NCBI GenBank assembly: GCA_965140705.1
Contig: OZ223300.1
Coordinates: 1,664,001 to 1,728,000, forward strand
Length of the DNA: 64,000 bases
Origin: an uncultured Arcobacter sp.
Lineage (GTDB): Bacteria; Campylobacterota; Campylobacteria; Campylobacterales; Arcobacteraceae
Direction: 5' to 3'
The notes beneath the pieces are model-generated. The model saw nothing but the letters and a program-made list of their open reading frames with translations. It did not search any database and was not told the DNA's origin. Both the position numbers and the translations under genes were made by a program. Shown in pieces: positions 58,478 to 64,000 of this stretch. Position 1 is the first letter of the stretch; the number at the start of each line of letters is the position of its first letter.

Positions 58478-59780
58478 TATTAACTACTCCTTTTGATGTA
58501 ACTTCCCAACCTACAATAGGATTTCTATGATAAATTCCTTCAACTCCAACTTTTGATACTAATTTATCAATAGAAGGTTGAATATGTCCAGAGTCATCAA
58601 TTGCTCTACTTAATAAAACTTTCGGATTTCCATCCCAAGTTATAATATAAGAAAATCTAGTCCAAGACTTAGGTAATATTAATCCTTTAAAATGGGCTTC
58701 TACCCAGTTTTTACCTCCATCTAAAGAGATGTCAACAGTTTTAATTGTACCTCTTCCAGACCAAGCAACACCAGAAATTTCTACTTTATCTCCTATTTTT
58801 AAATCAGTCCAAGGAACTTCAGGACATGGAGAAGTAATAATTGAGTTTACTTCCATTGGCCAAAAATATTCGATTGCTTTTCCACTTGGTTGTAACATAG
58901 TATATTTTGAAGTCTCTTCTTTTGAGTACCAAGGTTTACTATCAAATTTAAGTCTTTTTAACCACTTAACATTTAAATTACCTTCCCAACCAGGAACTAA
59001 TAATCTTACTGGATAACCTTGTTCTGGTCTTAAAGGTTCACCATTTTGTCCCCAAACAATCATGGCATCATCTAAAACTTTTTCAATAGGAATACTTCTT
59101 GCCATTTCAGAATCATCACTTCCTTCAGCCAACATCCATTGTGCTTCAGGTTTTAAACCTAAATCCTCTAATATAACAGATAATCTTACCCCTGTCCACT
59201 CAGCACTACTCATCATACCTTTTACAAATTGTAAATTATTAAATTGTGGTCCTCTCCATCCAGTAGAACCATTTGCAGGACACTCAATAAAATATATTCT
59301 TGACTCACTTGGATATCTTTTTAATTCTTCTAAAGTTAAAACTAACGGTTTTTCAAGAAGACCATGAAGCATAAGTCTATATTTATTTGGATCAACCTGT
59401 GCAATACCACTATGACTTCTACAAAAAAATAAACCATTTGGAGTGATTATACCTTCTTGTTGATGTAATGGTGACATAGAAACAGTTGCATATCTATCAC
59501 CAGAAGATAACAAATCATGAATTCTTCTAATATTATTGTGTTCATATGGTGAAGGTAAACCATAAAGGTTCTTATCAAGCCTATCTCCTAACTTTGTTCC
59601 CCATTCTACTTGATTAACAATATTTATATCATCAGCTTTAAGTTTAACTGGAGCTAAAACATTAGCAGCAGCAACTGCACCAGCAGAATACACAGCAGTT
59701 TTTTTAAAAAAATTTCTTCTACTTAACTTATCTTCTTTAACAGTAGATTTTTTTTCTAAACTGTCAGTTTTAGTTGTCAT
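58458..59780 (-). CDS. soxC: molybdopterin sulfane dehydrogenase SoxC
   Basis: Tat signal SRRNFF, GIITPNGLFF, Mo-ligand IECPAN, PEQGYPVRL, VKWLKR. Confidence 0.95.
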   Translation of the reverse strand: MTTKTDSLEKKSTVKEDKLSRRNFFKKTAVYSAGAVAAANVLAPVKLKADDINIVNQVEWGTKLGDRLDKNLYGLPSPYEHNNIRRIHDLLSSGDRYATVSMSPLHQQEGIITPNGLFFCRSHSGIAQVDPNKYRLMLHGLLEKPLVLTLEELKRYPSESRIYFIECPANGSTGWRGPQFNNLQFVKGMMSSAEWTGVRLSVILEDLGLKPEAQWMLAEGSDDSEMARSIPIEKVLDDAMIVWGQNGEPLRPEQGYPVRLLVPGWEGNLNVKWLKRLKFDSKPWYSKEETSKYTMLQPSGKAIEYFWPMEVNSIITSPCPEVPWTDLKIGDKVEISGVAWSGRGTIKTVDISLDGGKNWVEAHFKGLILPKSWTRFSYIITWDGNPKVLLSRAIDDSGHIQPSIDKLVSKVGVEGIYHRNPIVGWEVTSKGVVNNVHVRS

Positions 59781-59875
59781 TTATACTCCTTGGAATAATT
59801 ATCAAATATAAATTATAATTATCTATAAATCTAGTTTATAAATAAAATTACTTATACTTATACTTATTATAAACA

Positions 59876-59906
59876 ATCGTTATATAACTTTTTGTTATAT
59901 AATAAC
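59876..59906. promoter_or_regulatory. ModE-box-like TATATA repeat between soxC and moeA
   Basis: ATCGTTATATA-N9-TATATAATAAC; spacer longer than the canonical ModE box. Confidence 0.35.
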
Positions 59907-59973
59907 TACAATATTATTGCTCATTTTTATAGCTAAGTCAATTATTTTTAAGTATTTTTATTAAATAAATCTA

Positions 59974-59998
59974 AATGCTATGTTAATGCTACGTTAAT
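59974..59998. promoter_or_regulatory. 11-bp-period direct repeat, copy 2
   Basis: AATGCTATGTT-AATGCTACGTT-AAT. Confidence 0.55.
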
Positions 59999-60094
59999 CT
60001 AAGATTTTGCCTTAAAATCTACCTTTTTACCTAGTCTAAAGTTACTTTTTTTCTTCATTATGTTACTATTTCCATTTAAAATTTGGAGGTATAA

Positions 60095-61315
60095 ATGAAA
60101 AATATTATAAATTATGAAGAGTCTTTAAATATATTAAATAATTTTTTTATAGAAGAAAAAATTAAGGAGAAAGTCTTTTTAACAAACTCTTTTGGAAGAA
60201 TACTCGCAAATGACGTGGTTGCAACAGAAAATTCTCCAGCTTTTGTTACATCTGGAATGGATGGTTATGCTATTAAAAGTGAAGATCAAAAATTAACTTC
60301 TTTAAGCATAATAGATAAAAATCCAGCAGGAAGTGTTATTGAAGCAAAAGTTGAAAATGGTACATGCATAAAAACATTTACTGGTTCTTTGATGCCAGAA
60401 GGTGCAGATACACTAATACCTATAGAAAATGTAGAAGTTACCGGTGAGACTATAAAAATCATTCAAGATGTGCCAAAAGGTTTTGCAGTAAGAGATATAG
60501 GAGAAAATTATAAAGAAAATGAAACCTTAATAAAAAAAGGTACACAAATAGGTTTTGCAGAAATTGGAGTAATGGCTTCACTTAATATATCACAAGTTAG
60601 TGTTTATTCTAAGGTTGTAGTAAGTATTGCAAGTACAGGAAGTGAAATATTAGACATTGGAGAAACTCAAACTAATAAATCACAAATAAGAAGTTCAAAT
60701 CATCTTACTGTTGAAGCTTTAGCTAAAAGAGCTGGTGCAAAAACTATTCAAATGGGAACAGTTAAAGATGATATGGATTCAATTACTCAAATGATGAAAA
60801 CAGCTTTAAATAATTCTGATATAGTTGTTACAACGGGTGGTGTATCAAAAGGTGATTATGACTTTGTACAAGATGTTGTAAAAGAGAAACTTGGAGCTGA
60901 AGTTTTATTCCATGGAGTAACTATTAAACCAGGAGGTCCAATATTAATAGCTAAAAAAGAGAATAAACTAATTATTTCCCTTCCAGGATTTGCATATAGT
61001 TCAACCGTATGTGCTATTTTATATCTACTTCCTATGATTTATAAGTATGAAGGTTCTAAAAAAGAACTTCCTATAGTAAAAGCGAGAATAAACCAAGACT
61101 TTCCTGTAAAAATAAAAAAGACTGTATTTACAGCTTGTAATGTAAAATATGAGAATGGTGAATATCATATTGATTTTGAGGGGAAAAAACAAGGTACTAG
61201 TGCTATATTAACAAATCTTTTGGGAAGTCCTGCTTTACTTATACAAGATAAAGATAGTAAAGATATAAAAGCTGGTGATTTAGTTGATATTTTATTATTA
61301 AATGAGTTGAAATAA
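60095..61315 (+). CDS. moeA: molybdopterin molybdotransferase
   Basis: SGMDGYA, TGSLMPEGAD, STGSE, TTGGVSKGDYD, IKPG, LPG. Confidence 0.95.
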   Translation: MKNIINYEESLNILNNFFIEEKIKEKVFLTNSFGRILANDVVATENSPAFVTSGMDGYAIKSEDQKLTSLSIIDKNPAGSVIEAKVENGTCIKTFTGSLMPEGADTLIPIENVEVTGETIKIIQDVPKGFAVRDIGENYKENETLIKKGTQIGFAEIGVMASLNISQVSVYSKVVVSIASTGSEILDIGETQTNKSQIRSSNHLTVEALAKRAGAKTIQMGTVKDDMDSITQMMKTALNNSDIVVTTGGVSKGDYDFVQDVVKEKLGAEVLFHGVTIKPGGPILIAKKENKLIISLPGFAYSSTVCAILYLLPMIYKYEGSKKELPIVKARINQDFPVKIKKTVFTACNVKYENGEYHIDFEGKKQGTSAILTNLLGSPALLIQDKDSKDIKAGDLVDILLLNELK

Positions 61316-61836
61316 TGTTTGAACACTTAATAATTATCCTAATGGGAATAGTATTTTTAATAATACTTCCTATTATGTCTACAATCAAATATTGGAACTA
61401 TAAACCATATATGAAATATGCACTTTCTTTAATATGGATATCATATATTGTAATAGCGTATGAAGTCTTTTTCCCAAGAGAGAGTTATTATATAAATAAC
61501 CTAAATAAATTTTCAAATATTGAATTTAGTAAAGAGATAAAAGTAACAAAAAAATACACTTCATTTTTAAATATAGAAGGTGAATACTCTTCTTGTGCAA
61601 TATTTGAAATACCAGATAAAGATAAAGTACTACTAAATAAGCTAAAAGAAGAGAAACCCACCACTTTACCAAATATGAACAACAAATGCTCTAACATGAT
61701 AAATAAAGAGTTTAAAAATAATAATCTAGTAACTTTTAAATCAATTGATGAAAAAAATTATAGACAATGGGGTTTTCTGAAAAACTCCAATAAAGCCTTT
61801 GTTTATTACAAATCATTTGGAATGACAAATAAATAA
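61315..61836 (+). CDS. hypothetical membrane protein
   Basis: Two N-terminal TM helices; TAATG stop-start overlap with moeA. Confidence 0.65.
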   Translation: MFEHLIIILMGIVFLIILPIMSTIKYWNYKPYMKYALSLIWISYIVIAYEVFFPRESYYINNLNKFSNIEFSKEIKVTKKYTSFLNIEGEYSSCAIFEIPDKDKVLLNKLKEEKPTTLPNMNNKCSNMINKEFKNNNLVTFKSIDEKNYRQWGFLKNSNKAFVYYKSFGMTNK

Positions 61837-61916
61837 TATTATAGTAAGATATTGATACTTTTTTGATACAAATAAAAAGTACAATAACTTATTAAAATAA
61901 AGAGACCTAATACACT

Positions 61917-64000
61917 ATGAAAAGCATTCTACTAATTTTTCTTTTTCTTTCTTTTGCATATTCTCAAGAATTGCAAAAAATAAAACTACAATTACAATGG
62001 AAACACCAATTTGAATTTGCAGGTTTTTATGCAGCAAAACAACAAGGTTATTATAAAAAATATGGTCTTGATGTAGATTTCATTGAATTTAATTCAAAAA
62101 TGGACATTGTAAACGAAGTACTTAAGGGTAATGCAGATTATGGACTTACATATTCAACTTTGATTGCTGATTATATGAAAGGTGCCCCTATTGTATTTGT
62201 AGCAAACTTCTTTAAACAATCTCCCTTAGTACTAGTTACACAAAAAAACATTCATACTCCTGCTGATATAAAAGGGAAAAAAATAATGGGATTACTTGAT
62301 GGTACCCATAAACAAATTATATTAACAATGTTAGATAAATTTAATATAACAGAAAATGATTTTACAAATGTTACACGAAAATTTAGCATTAAAAGTTTTA
62401 TTAATAAAGAAGTTGATGCATTAAGTGTTTTTACAACTAATGAAATATATACATTAGATAAATTAGGTATTCCATACAATATTTTAGATCCTGCCGTATT
62501 TGGAACAAAATTTTATGATCTGAATCTTTTTACCACTAAAAGTGAATTACAAAATCATCCTAATCGCGTTAAAAACTTTAGAAAAGCTTCTATTGAAGGT
62601 TGGGAATATGCACTAAAACACAAAGAAGAGATTATAAATCTTATTATAAAAAAATACAATACTCAAAATAAGACAAAAGAAGCTTTACTCTTTGAAGCAA
62701 ATCAAATCGAATATTTAATGTTAACTAATGTTTACCCTATTGGAAGTATTGATTTAGAAAGAGTAGAAGTTATTGCTGATAGTTTTAGTCAATCAATGCA
62801 TATACCAAAAGTGACAAAAGAAGAATTAGAGTCTTTTATATATAAAATAAAAGGTGACACTCTTGAATTAACAACAAAACAAAAAGAGTATCTTCAACAA
62901 AAGAAAGTTTTAAAACTTTGTGTTGATCCAGAGTGGATGCCTTTGGAAAGAATTGAAGATGGAAAACATATTGGAATGGCAGCAGATTTCATTCAATTAA
63001 TTTCAAAAAAAATCAATACACCTATAAAACTCATAAAAACTAATAGTTGGTCAGAAACTTTAGATAAAGCTAAAAAAAGGGAGTGTGATATTTTGTCACT
63101 AGCAGGAAAAACTCCTTCAAGAAAAAAATACCTTGACTTCACTACACCTTATATCAAAATACCCTTAGTTGTTGCAACAAAAACAGGAGTTCCTTTTTCA
63201 GACAATTTAAATAAGCTTCAAAACAAACCTTTGGGAGTTGTAAAGGGTTATTCTATTTATGAATTATTAAAAGCAAAATATCCAAATATTAACTTAGTTG
63301 AAGTAGCGTCTGTAAAAGAAGGTTTGGAGTTTATTGAACAAGAAAAGATCTTTGGATTATTAGATAATTCAATAGTAATTAATGATACAATTCAAAGAGA
63401 TTATTTACATGATAAGATCAGTATTACAGGCCAGTTTCCTGAGAATTTTCAATTAAGTATTGCTTCAAGAAATGATGAGCCGATTTTGCATAATATTTTA
63501 GAAAAAGCTCTTTTGTCAATTAATAAAAAAACAAAAGATAAAATTATAACAAAATGGACTAATCTAAAATATCAAGTAAAAACAAACTATCAATTAATTG
63601 TACAAATAATATTTATAACTCTTGTTTTAATTAGTATTTTTATCTATTGGAATTTAAAACTTAAAGATGAGATAAAAAAGAAAGAAATCGCTAAAAAGAA
63701 GTTGCAAGAAAGTGAAGAAAAATTTCGAACACTTTTCGATGTAGCACCAATACTTTTAAATGCTTTTAATGAAAATGGAAAAGTGATTTTATGGAATAAA
63801 GAGTGTGAAAAAGTTTTTGGTTGGAAAAAAGAAGATATACTAAAAGTCGAAAACCCATTAGCTATATTTTATCCAAAAAAAGAAGATCAAGAAAAAGTTT
63901 TAGATTCTTTGAAAAAAGTTCAATACAATATTTACCGAGAATGGCACCCAAAAACAAAAAATGGGAATACTCTTATTACTATGTGGGCAAATATTAAATT
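61917..64000 (+). CDS. multi-sensor signalling protein (NMT1/THI5-like SBP + family-3 SBP + TM + PAS), truncated at window end
   Basis: Manual translation MKSILL...LQLQWKHQFEFAGFYAAKQQGYY; ...CVDPEWMPLE...; TM; ESEEKFRTLF...WNKECEKVFGW (PAS); output domain outside the window. Confidence 0.85.
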   Translation, partial: MKSILLIFLFLSFAYSQELQKIKLQLQWKHQFEFAGFYAAKQQGYYKKYGLDVDFIEFNSKMDIVNEVLKGNADYGLTYSTLIADYMKGAPIVFVANFFKQSPLVLVTQKNIHTPADIKGKKIMGLLDGTHKQIILTMLDKFNITENDFTNVTRKFSIKSFINKEVDALSVFTTNEIYTLDKLGIPYNILDPAVFGTKFYDLNLFTTKSELQNHPNRVKNFRKASIEGWEYALKHKEEIINLIIKKYNTQNKTKEALLFEANQIEYLMLTNVYPIGSIDLERVEVIADSFSQSMHIPKVTKEELESFIYKIKGDTLELTTKQKEYLQQKKVLKLCVDPEWMPLERIEDGKHIGMAADFIQLISKKINTPIKLIKTNSWSETLDKAKKRECDILSLAGKTPSRKKYLDFTTPYIKIPLVVATKTGVPFSDNLNKLQNKPLGVVKGYSIYELLKAKYPNINLVEVASVKEGLEFIEQEKIFGLLDNSIVINDTIQRDYLHDKISITGQFPENFQLSIASRNDEPILHNILEKALLSINKKTKDKIITKWTNLKYQVKTNYQLIVQIIFITLVLISIFIYWNLKLKDEIKKKEIAKKKLQESEEKFRTLFDVAPILLNAFNENGKVILWNKECEKVFGWKKEDILKVENPLAIFYPKKEDQEKVLDSLKKVQYNIYREWHPKTKNGNTLITMWANIK

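Noticed and set aside
59850..59868. (ACTTAT)x3 tandem repeat upstream of soxC
   Set aside because: Short and AT-rich; cannot be distinguished from background
1..64000. CRISPR arrays, tRNA/rRNA genes, IS elements, defence systems
   Set aside because: No spaced repeats, cloverleafs, transposases or recognisable defence genes seen by eye

Overview
This is a low-GC chromosomal segment of a Campylobacterota bacterium; gene order and content suggest Arcobacteraceae (inference). It very likely contains the replication terminus: a difH-type site (about 6759-6787) lies 19 bp upstream of xerH, and most genes on either side point towards it. Housekeeping genes include lysC, rppH, hemW, prmC, prlC, pnp, lptD, purD, hemD, der, hpf, ftsK, lpxD, ilvIH and ttcA. 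A 6S RNA missed by the ORF track lies upstream of purD. Other blocks are a cheY-A-R-D-B operon; two minimal flagellar-axial-like proteins; a proline-utilisation locus (RHH regulator, unknown 220-aa protein, livKHMGF, 22-aa sORF, putA) followed by an FMN glutamate-synthase-like gene and an MCP; a complete soxCDXYZA-lipoprotein-rhodanese-soxB sulfur-oxidation cluster with accessory genes, divergent from moeA; and a truncated multi-sensor signalling gene at the right edge. The best candidates for something new are (i) the RHH plus putative catalytically dead PD-(D/E)XK-fold pair heading the liv-putA operon, with a palindromic operator over its -10 box, and (ii) an 11-bp-period repeat (AATGCTAYGTT) shared by the put and sox upstream regions. 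I saw no tRNA, rRNA, CRISPR array, IS element or prophage. All family calls come from motif recognition by eye; no database searches were run.
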